A DNA stretch of 64,000 bases from Camelus dromedarius (Eukaryota): NCBI RefSeq assembly GCF_036321535.1, contig NC_087436.1, forward strand, positions 10,540,001-10,604,000. The letters are read 5' to 3'. Positions 27,608-45,096 of this stretch are shown piece after piece. The stretch's first letter is position 1. Each line of letters opens with the position of its first letter. The notes beneath the pieces were generated by a model, which was given only the letters and a program-made list of their open reading frames with translations, did not search any database and was not told the origin of the DNA. The position numbers were made by a program, and so were the translations under genes.

Positions 27608-28721
27608 CTTAGATTAACAACCACAGAGAACCGAATCAGAATGACTCATGAGCAAGCGTCCCGGATACTGATGTAAATTTCCTGAAAGCAAAAATCACTA
27701 TAGCCCTAATAGCAGTGTGGTATATAATAAGCCATAAGTAGACACTTTTATATAGAGAGAGAAATAATTAGATAAAGGACATAGGTCCTATGAAACGTAA
27801 ACAATTTCTAACTTTCATTTATTAAAATTTTGCTTAAAACATAGTTAGGGAATTGTAGCTCCTGCAGAAATCACGTAGAATGTTATGATATCATAATTAA
27901 GTCCCCAAGAAATTCAGAATTTTTAAAAAATCATGTTTAAACTTAACATAAACCAGATATTTAAGTGATAGGTTAAAGAATTCAGCATCTAAAGTTCTAG
28001 ACCTAAAACTTTCTTGGAAGATTGATATAATACATTTCATTCTATTATTAAAAAGACATAATCAGAAGGAGTGAAATATAATGAAGTGACATTTAGAGAT
28101 GCTTAAAAACAACTTTCCCATTTGTCCCCCTGCATGCTTTTAGGTAAAAATAAAATGCGTATTTTTAAAAAAATCGATAGTCATAAGCGATGTTCTTTCC
28201 TTTCTAGAAGAATTTTACCATGCACCTTGTCTTGACAAGTTTTCTTCTTGTAAAAATAAATTATAGCTGTGATTTTATTTTTGGCATTGGGTACTTCTTC
28301 ATGAAAATTTAAAATCTAATAAACAGTCTTAAATGAGTGCTCCTAAAACCTGGATGTGCACATAAACCACAGGGGATTCTGTTACAGATGCAGGTCCTGA
28401 GTCAGTAGCTCCCAAGGGATGCGTGTGACTGAAGGGCAAGGTCTAAACAACACTGGCTTCTAACACACAGACAAAAAACCCAGCACAGCCTTGATTGAAA
28501 ATGTATACTTCTGTCCTTTGCACCTTGTATAAATTCAGAGTAAAATCCCTTCCTTTGGTGCTTGACTTGGAGATTTCAACAAACCTTTATACTGTTTGGG
28601 ATTTTAAAATGTTAATCCTTTTATTAAAGTCACGCCCTTTTCCACATTCAAAAATCAGTTCCAGGTTTTTGCAACATCCTTTGTGTCTCCATATGGTCCT
28701 CAGCCTGTCCACATCCATTGT

Positions 28722-29850
28722 ACTTTTTATGGAGATATAATTGACATGTAACATTAGTTTCAGATGTACTACATAAGGATTGGATATTTGTGTATATTGA
28801 GAAATGATTACCACAATATGTCTAGTTAATATCCATCACAAGTAATTAACGATTTTTTTTCTCATGATGACAATTTAACCACAGTCACTGTGCTGTACAT
28901 TACACCCCCAGGACTTATTTATTCCGTAACTGGAAGTCTGTGTCTTTTGACCCTCTGTAGCCATTTCACCCACCCATCCATGTCCCACTCTGGCAACCAT
29001 CAATCTGTTCCCTGAATCTATGGACTTTTTTTTAAATATTCCACATAAAAGTAAGATTATACACTATTTGTCTTTTTCTGTCTGACATATTTCACTTAGC
29101 ACAATGCCCTCAAGATCCATCCATGTTGTCACAAATGACAAGATTTCCTTCTTTTAACGGCTGAATATTTGATATGTGTACCACATCTTCTTTATCCGTT
29201 TATCTATCAATAAGCACCTTTGGTACTTTCATGTCTTGGCTACTGTTAATAATGCCACAATGAACATGGGGCACAGACATCTTTTTGAGTCAGTGTTTTC
29301 ATTTCCTGTGGATAAATACCCAGGAGTGGAATTGCTGGATTGAATGGTAGTTTTATTTTTAATTTTTTGAGGAACCTCCATACTGTTTCCATTGTGGCTG
29401 CACCAATTTATATTCTAACAGTGCCCAATGGTTCCCTTTTCTCTACATCCTTGCCAAAATTTACTTCTCATCTTTTTGACCATAGCCATTTTTACAGGGG
29501 TGAGGTGATATCTCATTGTGGTTTTGATTTGCATTTCCCTGTTGATGAGTCGATGTTGAGCATCTTTCCATGTGCCTGTTGGCCATCTCTACATTGTCTC
29601 TGGAAAAATATCCACTCAGGTCCTCTGGCCATCTTTTGTTTTTTCTTTTCTTTTTCTATTGAATTGTATGAGTTCTTTATATATTTTGGGTGCTAACCAA
29701 CTTATCAGACATATGATCTGCAAATATTTTCTCTGATTCAGGAGGTTGCCTGTCATCCTGTTGATGATACCCTTCATTGTGTAGAAGCAGTTTTTAGTTT
29801 GATGTAGTCGCACTTGTTTGTTTTTGGTTTTGTTGCCTTTGCTTTTAGTA
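28722..29850 (-). mobile_element. L1MA-type 3' fragment
   Basis: ggataaatacccaggagtggaattgctggat; gtgaggtgatatctcattgtggttttgatttgcattt. Confidence 0.9.
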
Positions 29851-30824
29851 TCCCATTATATTTCTTACTTGTAAAGAAAAATATAGGAAGTTTGCACAAT
29901 GGAGGTGAAATGTAATTATGTTTTCATTGGTTATTACTAACATCTGCTTATGGGGAGAGAGAATTTTTAAAACTGTTTATGAATGATAGCCTTAGTCCCA
30001 AAGTCTTTCCTAATCCTCATTAAACATTAAGAAAAAAAATCAGTATTTTAGAAAAACAGTGTTTTGAATAAAAATCTAATAGACAGGAATAACTCTTCAG
30101 GATGATCTAATGATCTTATGAGAATCTCTGCACACCATACAAGGAAAAGGTTTTACAGGCTCTGTTGAAAAAAATTCAGTAGTCCTCATTGCTCATGTAT
30201 GAAACTGGTCTGTTTGTACCAGAAGAGACCAGTCCTTCAGGATCTGACCATGCTGGCCATCTTACTGTCTCATCACTCACTGTCTCACTCCGCATGCCTG
30301 TCTTGTGGTAGTTGTGCTGTGTGCCTCACCTCTGGGCCTTTGCACATGCTGTTCCCTGTCTGGACACTCCTATGTACATGCAGAAGTCCCACTCAGGCTC
30401 TTTGAAGACCTGATCTGGGTTTCCTGTCAGAGTCAGATTCTTCCCCTTGCATCTGCCCAATTTCTCTGTTACGACACATACGTCATCGCTGGGGTTACTT
30501 GCTCCCAGTAGGTTATGTGGCTCTCTAGGATAAGAATATTCTAGCCATGTTTACATGACTGTGCCAAGAACAGTGTATTGTGATAGACACTGAATAAGTG
30601 TTCAGTGAATTGATAAATAAATGAAACAACTTTCCTTTCTGCATAAAATATATTAGAAATGCTATACATGCAACTCTTTTGGACATAGATATATAAGTTA
30701 GCTCAAAAATTGTCACAGGTGTAAAGAAACAAGTAGATATGAGGATTAAATATAAGATTGGATCCTGGGATATAGAAATAAGTGAGAAAAATGATGAAAT
30801 TCCAAAGCATAAAGTCTGTAGTTA

Positions 30825-30992
30825 ATAGGATAGTTCCAATGCTAAATTCTTAACTTTGACAAATACAATACGTAAAAATTACAGTTACGAAAGACATTAA
30901 ATTAGGGGAACTTGAATGATGGGTTATATGGGAACATCCTCTACTATCTTTGTAATTTTTCTGTAAATCTAAAATTATTCCAAAGTAAAAAG
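30825..30992 (+). mobile_element. Old L1M 3' end fragment
   Basis: ctactatctttgtaatttttctgtaaatctaaaattattccaaa. Confidence 0.65.
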
Positions 30993-33619
30993 TCAGAGGA
31001 AAATTCTGCTCAAGCCATAGTCCCAAGCCAGATTCCCTCAACTCGTTCATTCGTTCAGTAAATATTTACCGAAATGTCTACCATATTCATAGTGACTCAA
31101 AAGTGCTTGTTGAATGAACCACTGCTCCATGAATAACAGCACATGATCACTCTGAACTGGGGAACCCCACCATTAAAGTCACTATGGAATTGGCCAGCGA
31201 AGGAAGCCAATACCATTGCCAAGATGGCCCAGTTTGAGTGGATACACCAGACAAGAAGGCTTTTAGCCCACTAGTAAATTAGTAGTAAGATGTTCACCTT
31301 ACTTAATTGTTCCTTTAGGTAACAAATAAAGATGATACCAAGGAGAATATTTGCTATAAGGGCAACAAAATAAGAAAGATGTCAGTCAAATAGACTATTA
31401 TTTTAATATGCTAATTATTAAATTTTTAAAATGTGATACACAAATTATTTTAAATAATATAATTTATATGTTGAACTAAGTGACACATGATTTGCGGGAA
31501 AATGAACAAACAGATATAAAAACATAAAATGACTTTCTATGTAAATATCTACATAAGCCTTTAAATAGTTTGTTCATCATTCAATTCGAAATAACCCCTA
31601 GAAGTCTGTTTCTCCGTCAAAGGACTTCAAAACTGCACATACTGTGATGGTTATATATTTTGCCAAAATAAGCTTTTAGTCAGTCAAGAGGAATCTCTTC
31701 TGCTCACTCAGTCCACTCACCCCAGAATATTTGTCTCCATTGTCTCCTTTACATCTATATTATTAGAAACTCAGAAAATATATTTTATATATTCTATATT
31801 ATCCCAATATAGAAAGTTTATGCAGCTTTTATTACTTAAATAATGATTTTCAACTATTAAAGCACTGTATGAAATAAGTAACAGAATTTGTGCATGTTTT
31901 AACTCACTTTTAAATTTAAATTTACTAACAGAAATGTCATAGTTACAGCTGACAATGAGATTTTCTTTGGAAAAAAAAATACAGCTGCATAATTAAACCA
32001 TGGCACTAAATTCTAAATAATGTGTTAAACTCTATAGTCATCAATGTAATATGACAAATTATTTTCTGAAATTCTGTGTACATGTATAGTGGTTGTAATG
32101 AGACATTAACCTTAGCAGCAATTTTAGGGTTTTTTTTTAGTTCAGTTCACGCAGCTGAAACTAAACTGGTATAAAACTGAGTGGATGGCAGTGTGTTGCC
32201 CAGGAAACAATACAATCTACTGATTTCAAATTTCCTTTGAATATATGAAAATTCCTAGCTAGACCACTCTGTTTTGCTATCAAGTCACAGCTTGGCTCTT
32301 TTCTGCCTTCTGTTTTCTTTTATTTCTTTATTTCTTTCTTTTTTTAGGATACTCTTCATGATGTTGTAAGAAAAAAAAGTTAGAAAGGAGGGAAAGAAAT
32401 ACCACATTGAGCATCTTCTGCAATGTGTGACCAATACGGTGTTAGCTGCTTCCAAGGATAAACAAAACCCTTGCTTTCCTTTATCAAGAAACTTGCTCTT
32501 TTTCCATTACTCCAATTAAAGAAACAGCTCTTACTTGTCACTGAGTTGCTCAGGCCAAAGCAATTCAAGTTATTTTGGACGATTTATACCCTTAGACCCA
32601 GCCTCCTGCCTGAGAGTAGATCCATTCTATTTCCAGTTATGTCGTGAATCTGCCCAGCTCCCTGTACACTCACGAGCCCCACCCTGGGCTGATCTAGATT
32701 ATCACCCAGACTCCTTGAAATAGCTCCCTGTTGGGTTCTCTGTTCAATCCACATTTCTACAGGTTATTTTCCACACTGCATTCAGACAGCCTTCTCAAAA
32801 CTGAAGCAATTCCAATCACACACAGAATAAAAGTCAGAGCCTTCCGGTAGCTTGAAATATTCCACGTGTCTGGCTCCTGGATACCTCCAAATTCCATCTT
32901 CCCTCAGGGTGTTTCAGCCATCCTTGCTAGAACATTCCAGAGCACCCCTGCCGAAGCGCCTCTCCTCCTGTATTGCAGGTCTGACTCCCCCGTTACCTTC
33001 AGACGTTCAAATTTTACCTTTTCTGATAGCTTTAACCTACTTTATTGCCTCCCTATCACTTTATCTCCTTTTATGTTTTTTTTACATGATTTAATACATA
33101 ACTGTTTGCTAGTTACCTAACCACCAGGAAGTGACAGCTCTGTTAGGAACTTTCTTAGGGATAACAAAGTTGAGGGCTTAGTTTATTCTGGTATTTCCAG
33201 TGTCCAGCGGATTGTCACATAGTAGGCAGTAAGCATTTAATAGATAATTATTCATTTTGTAAATTAATATAGTCTCTTTCAATTCTTATGTTGTTTCCTT
33301 ATACATGTAAGACATTAACTATCTTACATATTGAGAAAAACTTGAGATAACACAACATAAAACAGATAAATTTTAGCCTTTGCTATGAAAGAGTAATAGT
33401 CAATTTTACAACCATGTTCTCTACTCTGTTTCTTTTCTTCTTTATGTTATTTTGATTCCTCAGTAACCTAGGCTGGTCTTTTCAAGTCTAGTATAGTCTA
33501 CAATCAGTTGAAATTATTGGAAAAAGAAGAGGGCTCATTCTTGGTCATGTCCTGGTTCACTTCACCAGGGACAAAGTCTCCCAGGAGTTGCATACCATTT
33601 GGGATGATTGTTTGGACCC

Positions 33620-34420
33620 ACAGAAAATGGTGAATGTGACATTCTAGGAGTTCTGAATCTGGGCTTTTTAAAGGGTTTACAGACCCTTCTTTCACAAGGA
33701 GACAACTTGTCTGTCGTGTAAGGAAGTCTAGGCTAGCCCATCACTGGAGAATTAGAAACAGAGGAGAAGAGAAAGGTCCCATGGAGGAAGACTGTGGCTC
33801 TCCAGCCAACAGCCAGCACCTGGGCTTCAGCGTGCGCGTGAGATCACTGAGGTCCTCGCACAGCTGGTCTGCCTGGTTCCACACCACAGGAGGCACAGAG
33901 GAGCTCTCCCTGCCATACTGTACACAGATTCCCAGCTCTTGGAATTGTGAGCAAAGAGCATTATGGCTGTTGGGAGCCAGTAAAATTTGGAGAGGCTCAT
34001 TCAGCAATTCTATCAGTCTCCTCAAGCTACCAAATACCACAGCCGGGGGGTTTTAAACAACTGATTTACTTTCTCACAGTTCTGGGGGCTGGAAGTCCAG
34101 GATCATGGTGCTGTCGGGGCTGGTTGCTGGTGCGGGCTCTCTTCCTGACTTGCAGAGGGCTGCTTTTTCACCGTGTCCTCCCATGACATCCGCCCGCCCC
34201 CTGTGTGCGTGCGGGGAATTCTGAGTCTCCTCTTCTTCTGATAAGAACACTGATCCTATCAGATTAGGTCCCACTCTTATAACCTTGTTTAACCCTAATT
34301 ATCTCCCTACAGGCCCTCTCTCCAAATAGAGTCACATTGAGGGTTAGGGCTACAACTTATGAATTTGGGGGGGGGGGGCACAACTCAACCCGTAACAGCA
34401 GCAAAAGAGAACTCATACAC
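33620..34420. mobile_element. Nested MaLR LTRs (MLT1C-like copy at about 34010-34395, inside an older MLT1)
   Basis: ttctcacagttctgggggctggaagtcc; gggttagggctacaacttatgaatttggggg; the outer piece has tgtaaggaagtctagg and tggaattgtgagc. Confidence 0.7.
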
Positions 34421-34808
34421 TCATTCGTAGAACAGTTATTAAGTAGCAATTACTTAATCCCATAATGACCTTCCATATAATAAATGCCCAGCATTAATAG
34501 TCCTAGGGAGGGCTAATAACCACGGCACCGCTTTTCCTTCTACTTAAAATGAGTGCTAATGTTTTCCTTTAAAATGATAAAAGTCTACAATGTCTCTACC
34601 ATTGCTATTACGTGAGGCCAGCTGAGGACCACTGATTTTTTTAACTACCAGTTGACTTAAATGGATGCCAAAAACAATAATAAAAGCAAGCACCCTGTGC
34701 CATTGACTTAAAATTTTGTCCCCTGCTACCGTTGTCCACAAGAGGATCTCTCATCCTATTACAGTTCGCCATTAGCTGAAGGACCATTCACCATCAAAGG
34801 GACACTCA

Positions 34809-35065
34809 AATATTTTCTCCCATGCATTATCTTTTTGTTTTGCTTATGGTTTCCTTTGCTGTGCAAAAGCTTATAAGTTTAATTAGGTCCCATTTGTTTA
34901 GTTTTGCTTTTACTTCTGTTGCCTGGGTAGACTGCCCTAGGAGAACATTGCTAAGATTTATGTCAGATATGTATAACTGAACTATTATTCTGTACACCAG
35001 AAACTGATACAGCATTGTAAACTGATTACACTTCAATAAAAAAAAAAATTTTAATTAAAAAAAAA
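34809..35065. mobile_element. Short L1 insertion with 5' inversion and 13-bp TSD
   Basis: TSD aaagggacactca at 34796-34808 and 35066-35078. Contains an inverted ORF2 piece, then a forward L1 terminus with a poly(A) tail. Confidence 0.9.
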
Positions 35066-36414
35066 AAAGGGACACTCAGCTGGCCTGATCGAGAGGCGTG
35101 CTTATTCCCTCCTTTCTCAGCCAGTGACTACGCTCCTCTTCGATCTCACGTTTTCTGTAACTTCGCTTCGACTCCTTTATACCAAAGTTAAAAAAGTAAG
35201 ATGAAAACTACTTTCTCTTAAATACCATACTTAAAAAATACATATTAAGGCTAAAGGTCCTAACGCAGCAAGGATAATGGTGCTCATTTTCATTAGCATC
35301 CTGGGAACTCCTTGACGAAAGGCTATAACTTGCAGGACGTAGTATCATTTTTTAGAAGCGAATGCTCATCATTTGACCATGCTCTAGTGATTTTCATTTG
35401 TTCCATTCATTTTACTGTTATGACCCAGTTATCTGGGGGCAAAGTGGAAATTTTTAATGTTCCTTTTTACTTTGAAATTAAGAAACACTTGTCTGTGAAA
35501 ATGCTTCAAACGTGAAGCATGTAAAAATAGAACTTTTTACAAGTTAACGCTAAATATAACTTGTTAGTGTCTATGTTCAATTTTGTTTCTAAAAAATGTT
35601 TTTCTAATATTTTCACCCAAAAAAGCCAATTGCCTAGGCTTTGCAAAACTTTTGATTATGATAAACTACAATTAAAAAAAATTATAGAGTCATTCCTAGT
35701 CCAGGTGATCTTAGAAACTCAAGGTGCAAGTTGAAGTCATCTGGGACCAGGAATGCATTCCACTCAGTTAAGGAGGCAAAGGTTTTCATTCATTCACCAA
35801 ATGCTTATTGCACATATTCATCATGGCAGGTCCTTGCCAGGTGCTGGCAAGTAATAAGATGAGTCAGGGGGATCAACTTATGTAGAGTGTTCCAAGAAGG
35901 CTTCAAGGTGGAGGTGGCTGGACAAAAAAAGATAGAGCAAAATGACTTCTGTGGGATTTCACAGGTCCATAGCCTCTAATTAACTAATGTAGAGAGTGAT
36001 TTAAAAATATGCTATGACTGTGAACTAGATTTGACTAGCAGGTAGTTTAATGTATACATATCATGTATTATAACCTTAGAGAAAAATAACCATCCTGTTC
36101 AGACATTCAAATCTGAATAGTATTTAAAAAAAAACTGTCTAAGGTATAAAATATAAACATCCCATTCTCCTTAATTTTAAAACCTTAGATACTATAATAA
36201 TACATTAAGCAAGAGAATTTTTGGCATTCTGATGAAGAATTGTTTTATAAAACTTTCAGTATAAATTAAAGTAATTATTAATTACTTAGAGCTTAAAATT
36301 TTTTTGCTCCTTTTGTAAAATTTTAATGATTTTCATACAAGGAAATGGCATCTGGCTTGATCACATGAGATACTCTGAGCAATAGTGCTTGTATATTCAA
36401 AACAAAGTCTAAGA

Positions 36415-39347
<2,933 letters not shown>

Positions 39348-39989
39348 AAAAAAATGTCTAAGAAATTCCACATTTATTTCCACTCATCAGGATTTACTAG
39401 AGGGCACTGTATTTCTCTACAGAACTTTATATTTCAAAACATCTGGGTCAGAATAGAACCATTATTCTTTTCAGGAATAATGATTTTAATGGGATAAAAG
39501 TTCCCCCCCCAAACCACTAAAATGAAATTATAAGGTATTACTGACTTTAAGAAATTTACATACACAAGCGCATTGGGTCTATATCATCATTTGTGATGTA
39601 GCTTGGGAAATTAGTGTGCTCTAATTATAGAGGTAAAATTAAAGCAAAGATACTTCATCAACATAAGGATATATTTTTCTCAGAGGTTGCTAGTGGCTTT
39701 ATAACCTGAAAGAAATTTCTCTTATTTTTTTTTACTGTTAACCATGCTGTTAACCAACTGAAAACCAAACTCCATGGGAAGAGAAAATTGATTCCCACTT
39801 TAGATATGTGATACTTTCTCCTTGGTGAATTACAATTTATGGAAGGAAGGTTTATAGGTCACAGAAAGGTGCAGCTGCATGCCAGAATATTCCAGAGATT
39901 ATTCAGGCCGCATTCAACATTTTCCAGAGATTGTCAGTGACTTGTGGTCCTTAGTCTCCAACAGATGGCCCTCCAAGGACTCACACCAG

Positions 39990-40335
39990 TGTCTTCCCTC
40001 CCCTCGAATCAGGACTTGACCTGCGACCGCCCTGACCTCTGAGACCTTGATGTGGTGAAAAGCCCTAGTCACCTGGAGACGCCGAAGCCCTGAGGGCAGA
40101 GGGGACGAGGCCACCTCCTGTAAGTGAAGATGGGCTCACCGAATCCCATCACTGAATCCCACCTCCTCAGACTTGGAGAACTCCACCAGCTGCAATCAGA
40201 CTGCACCCATAAAACAAGACCCCAGGCAAGAACCTCCCAGCTGAGCCCAGCAAACCCAGAACGATGACAGACACTAAAAACACTGTTGCGTTAGGCCGCC
40301 AAGTTTGAGGGTGTTTCGTTGCTCAGCAATAAATC
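39990..40335 (+). mobile_element. Old MaLR LTR fragment (MLT1-type)
   Basis: cccagctgagcccagc.aacccagaac...ctgttgcgttaggccgccaagtttgaggg. Confidence 0.55.
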
Positions 40336-40719
40336 ATCAGGAGACTTGTCTAGGAACCAGAGCTAGAACGGGACCACCCACCTCCCCTAAGTTCCATGTC
40401 CTGCCTCTGCCCGCGGTCACCCGCTCCATGGTTATTGTCACTTTCCCTGAATATCTGTAGTCTGTGTTACTGTAGATAATCCCTGATACTGCTTTGTATC
40501 GTTAGCTGCCTATTTAGGTCTTCTTTATCACTAACAAGAGAACAGGAGATAACTGCTCCTTTATCTTCAGGACTAGGAGAAACAGACGACTTCCCTCTGC
40601 AGCAGTCACTTAGAGATCACGATGATATTTTTTAAATTGTTTCATTAGCTTAAACCTAATAAGCACTGAATGGGAATGACTGTCTGCATACAGCCCGGCT
40701 AGGTTACGAAAGAGGTTCT

Positions 40720-40872
40720 ACCTGAAAGGCTTGTGAAAACCAGACTGCCAGACTCCACCCCTCAGAGTTTCTGACTCACAGGGCCTGAAATTTGGCCCAA
40801 GAATGTGCCTCTCTAATAAGTTCCCAAGTGACACTGATGTGGCAGGTCCTGGACCACATTTTGAGAACCTCC
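40720..40872. mobile_element. MER5A-like hAT MITE
   Basis: cagagtttctgactca...ggcccaagaat...taataagttcccaagtga...ggaccacattttgagaac. Confidence 0.75.
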
Positions 40873-42809
40873 AAGTTAAGATAATCCCCGATCCCTCTTT
40901 TCTAGGATTGCAAGTCCAAAAAAAGGTGATAAATCAGGTAAATCGGAATTCTCAGCTTCTCATCCTGGGCCTCCCCCTGTTGTGATCTCTCTCCTCTCTA
41001 ACCCTCGCCATGGACAGCACCTTCAGGTCATCCCTGCCTCTCCATGACAAATCTGTCACAGCTGTGACTTCTTCCAAATCTCCCCAACGTGCCAAAATTC
41101 CCATAGCCTCCTACTTTTGATTCAGAAACACTGCATTTAAATGATCGAGTTTGAGCTCATCTCGGGGTGAGATCAGGCCGGTATTATTCTTGTACCAGCA
41201 TTGCCCAGCAATGCAGCACCTGGCACACAGAGTTGGCATCCAACTGTTTTTAGGTAAAATTAAATAAAAATTCAGTCTTCAGTGCAAATTATTGATAGTT
41301 TTGCTCTGGTGCTACAGGGCAAGGATTCCATCCAAGTTTAAGAACTATATCTATGAACTGAAAAGGCATGGAGCACGAGTATTTGATTTTCAAGTGACTG
41401 AAAACACATGAGCAAGGACGGGCACTTACAAAGTGCCTCTGTGAACTGGAACATGGGGGGATGATGGACGGGACGCAGCCAGAGCTGCTGACAGGCTAGT
41501 GGGAGGCACGTGGGAAGGACGTGGTTTTGTTTCCAACTCTGGAGAGTCTAAGCTCTCCATTCAAAGGTGGAAAGGACCTCTCTTGTCCGGAAGTAGACGT
41601 GCACCATGCTACATACTTTACCTAAATCAACCCACTGAACCCTCATGACTACCCTAGGAGCGACTGTTCGTTTCAGCATCCTCTTTGCACAGATTAGAAA
41701 TCTGAGCCACGGAGAGTATGTTTAACAGAACCGAACCTGGGCAGTCTGGTCCCAGAAACCAGGCTCTTCGTGACTAGGCTGCAGTGCCCTCTTTTAAGGC
41801 AACGAGATGGTAAAATTCTAAAACAGTTCCAAATGGCAGCATTAAGGACCCACATCTGTCTCTTTCTTGGCTCCACTCCTACTGTATATGACATTTTTAC
41901 CAGAAGAGTTGACATATTCACCTCTAAAATAGCTCTGGATTTATACAAGCTGCACTGTTAGCCTGAAAAGACTGTAACACTGTACAGTTAAACCAGGTTG
42001 ATCTCTGCCAATGAGCCCCCCATGGGTAGGTTTAGGTATCTGAAAAACCACACCATCAGAGCGCTAGCAGTGAGTCTGCTTTGCTACTCATTTTCTGAAT
42101 GACTAACGGAATAAGTTACAGCAAAGTTGGCTTGTGACAGACTGTGGCCAACTCACCTAACAGGTCCTGAATTTGATACCTAAGTATGGATGCATTATCT
42201 TGATATAGGAAAGGACATGCTTTCATTTGTATTTCTCACAATTTTCAATGTAATATATCATACACCAGAGATTGAGAGCTGTTAGACACAATAACATAAA
42301 CATTATAAAATCTGAGTATATTTGGCATTCGATGTTGTCATTATTAACAGCTAACATTACAATATGTTGCTCTTGCAAACTTATATTGATTTTGTTGCAA
42401 AAGTTGAGATTATTAATATTTCAAAGGTTAAAATTTGTATCTAATTCTACTCAAATTGGCTATATTACATTAAGACAAAAATGCATAATCATACCATTTA
42501 TAAATTGGTGCTCCCAGTGTAATTTCATAATGTGTTGTCTTCACAAACCTAGCTATTTTGCCTACAAAAAAGATATTATTTTATCTTAATTAGGCTATTT
42601 AAATTCTGAACCATTAAGGAAAACAGCATTGGGGATAAAACATGTTTTTCACAGCTATAGGTGGTATCTTTTTGCCTAATAAATAGAATGGAAACTGAGC
42701 AGTTTTCCCAGTTTTCCCCATGGCGAAGCCTAATGACCAAAGCAATTCTTATGTTGATAAACATGTAATGAACATCTATGTGACATTTATAGAGCTAAAT
42801 GTTCATCAT

Positions 42810-43035
42810 TAGGGATTGGGGATTAACAGATACACATTACTGTTTATAAAACAGATTAAAAACAAGAACCGACTGTATAGCACAGGGAACTATATTCAAT
42901 TTCTTGTAATAACATACAATGGAAAAGAATCTGAAGAGAAAATATATACATGTGTGTATATGTATAATGGAATCACTTTGCTGTACACCTGAAATTAACA
43001 TTGTAAATCAACCACATGTCCATGATTTTTTTAAA
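42810..43035 (+). mobile_element. L1 3' end fragment
   Basis: actgtatagcacagggaactatattcaat...gctgtacacctgaaa. Confidence 0.85.
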
Positions 43036-43149
43036 GTACATGTGAACTGAGTAATAATAAGGGTGATGGTGATAAACAATGCATGACCCACAACAGGTAC
43101 TCAATAAATGTTTCTTGAATCAACAGATAAATGAATTAAAGCTAATATT

Positions 43150-43335
43150 TTAGAGCTCTTTTTTTCTGCCAGGCACTGTTCTAAATACTTTCATGTATTA
43201 AAACACTGAATTTTCCTAACGTTCCTACCATCTTCATGGTTTTCCAGATGAGGAAATGGGCCTTCGTGAGGAAATACCTTCTGTGTCACCCAGCTGTCAA
43301 ACAGCACAGCTGAGTTTCCAAGCCAGGTTTGTCTG
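43150..43335 (-). mobile_element. MIR fragment
   Basis: gccaggcactgttctaa...ttccagatgaggaaa. Confidence 0.65.
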
Positions 43336-43822
43336 CTGGGTCAAGGAAGTCAGCCTTGCACGGAGCAAAGACTGTGAAAAACTGGTGGGATGGCGTGATT
43401 GCAGACATGTCATAAAACGTGCTCTGACAGCAAAAAGGAGGAGCTTTTTCTGCATCTCCAGAATGGAAAATACTTTCCAGCTGAGTTCCCATTTTAGTTG
43501 GACTGGAAAATTCAACCACCAAAGAACAGGAAAAGAACATCCAGGGTAAAGAGGGAAATCCAGCATGGGTGTAAATTCAGGTGGTGATCAGTAGATCAAG
43601 AAGTTCACAGCAATCAGAGCGAAATGACCCTAGGACTTGGAAGGAGAAATGTCTTCAGAATCAGATCATTAAAGGACCTTGTGTACCATGACTAGGAAAT
43701 GAGATTTACCAGGAAGGCAGTGAGAAATCTTCAGCATCACTTAAGAGGAAGAGTGATATCATCAAATTATCTTTTAAAGAGTTAACCTGTGGACAGAATC
43801 AAGCATGGTCCTTGACAGAGAT

Positions 43823-44341
43823 TGTAATAGGGAAGAATAAAGACTCCACATTAGATCTGTCCCTTCAGCTCTAACCCTGGGCTCTGTTTCCTGTGCTCAG
43901 TCATGCTGGTTCTGCACCTTTTGTAAATAAATGGTGCCTAGAGCCTGAAATAGACAGGAGAGCCCATTCTCAAGGCTCTGACCTTTAAAGGTCTAATACG
44001 TTTCCACTCATGTAGAGGTAAAAAGTTGCAGAACAGAATAACATTTGCCTTGTTGAAGGTTTGCAGGGACACCATGACCTGACCTACAAGGACAGCTGCA
44101 AGAACAAAGGATTCTGACACCAAGAATTTTGCAACAACCACCCACACCCCCTCCCCTTTTTAGTATAAAAGGAGCCTGAATTCTGACTTGGGGAAGATGG
44201 TTGTCTAAGACATGAGTCCCCCATCTTCTTGGTCTGCTGGCTTTCCAAATAAAGTCGTTATTCCTTGCCCCTACACCTTGTCTCCCGATTTATTGGCCTG
44301 TCTGTCATGCAGTGAGCGGAATGAGTATGGACTTGGTAACA
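43823..44341 (+). mobile_element. ERV1-class solo LTR (519 bp)
   Basis: TGTAAT...TAACA termini, 4-bp TSD AGAT (43819-43822 and 44342-44345), TATAAAA at 44164-44170, AATAAA at 44248-44253. Confidence 0.88.
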
Positions 44342-44677
44342 AGATGAGTTGGGAGCAAGTCAGCAGTGAGAAGAAGGAAGGGGAAATAAGTGATCAGGGA
44401 TCAATACTTGACCTCACTGTGCTCCTGCATGCCTCCTGGCCCATTTATTTTTAACTTTGAAGACATGTTTTCAGAAATGCAAATCACTTTGGCAATTTGC
44501 ATAACTAGCACACTCAAAACATTACCATAGCAGTGCTTAACTCCACAGCTGCCCATGTTTTCCCTGCTCGCTCCTTTTCTGCTAGATCACCCAGCTAGTT
44601 GCCCCAGTCCTCATTCCTTCCTTCAACTAACACAACAAAGTGGACAATTCAAAGTCAAAGGCTCTTGGTGGTCATAT

Positions 44678-45096
44678 GTGTTATAGTTCTCTAGAGAAAG
44701 GGAACCAACAGGAGGTGTGTGTATATATATATAATGCACATATACATACTATACACATATAATATGCATAAATGTGCACAGTGCAGTAATATACATAAAA
44801 AGGTTTTTTTTTAATAAGGAATTGGTTCATACAATTATGAAGGCTGGGAAATCCAAAATCTGCAGGCTGGGCTAATAGGCGGAGACCCAGGTGAGCAGAT
44901 ATTGCAGATAAGGTTTGAAGACAGTCCACTGGAGAACTGCCTCTTGCTTGAGGATTCTAATATTTTCATTCAATTCTGGCCTTCAACTGCTTGGACAAGG
45001 CCCACCTGCATTCTGGAGAGCATTCCGCTTACCAATTTAAATGTTAGTCTCATTCAAATACAGCCTCCAATTCGATTCATAAAATTAACCATCACA
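44678..45096 (-). mobile_element. MLT2-type (ERVL) LTR
   Basis: ttctctagaga...taaggaattgg.tca...ggccttcaactg.ttgga...aaaattaaccatcaca. Confidence 0.78.

Noticed and set aside
39395..39410. Second CTCF-like motif (TTACTAGAGGGCAC)
   Set aside because: It lacks the 5' CC of the core and is too weak to call by eye.
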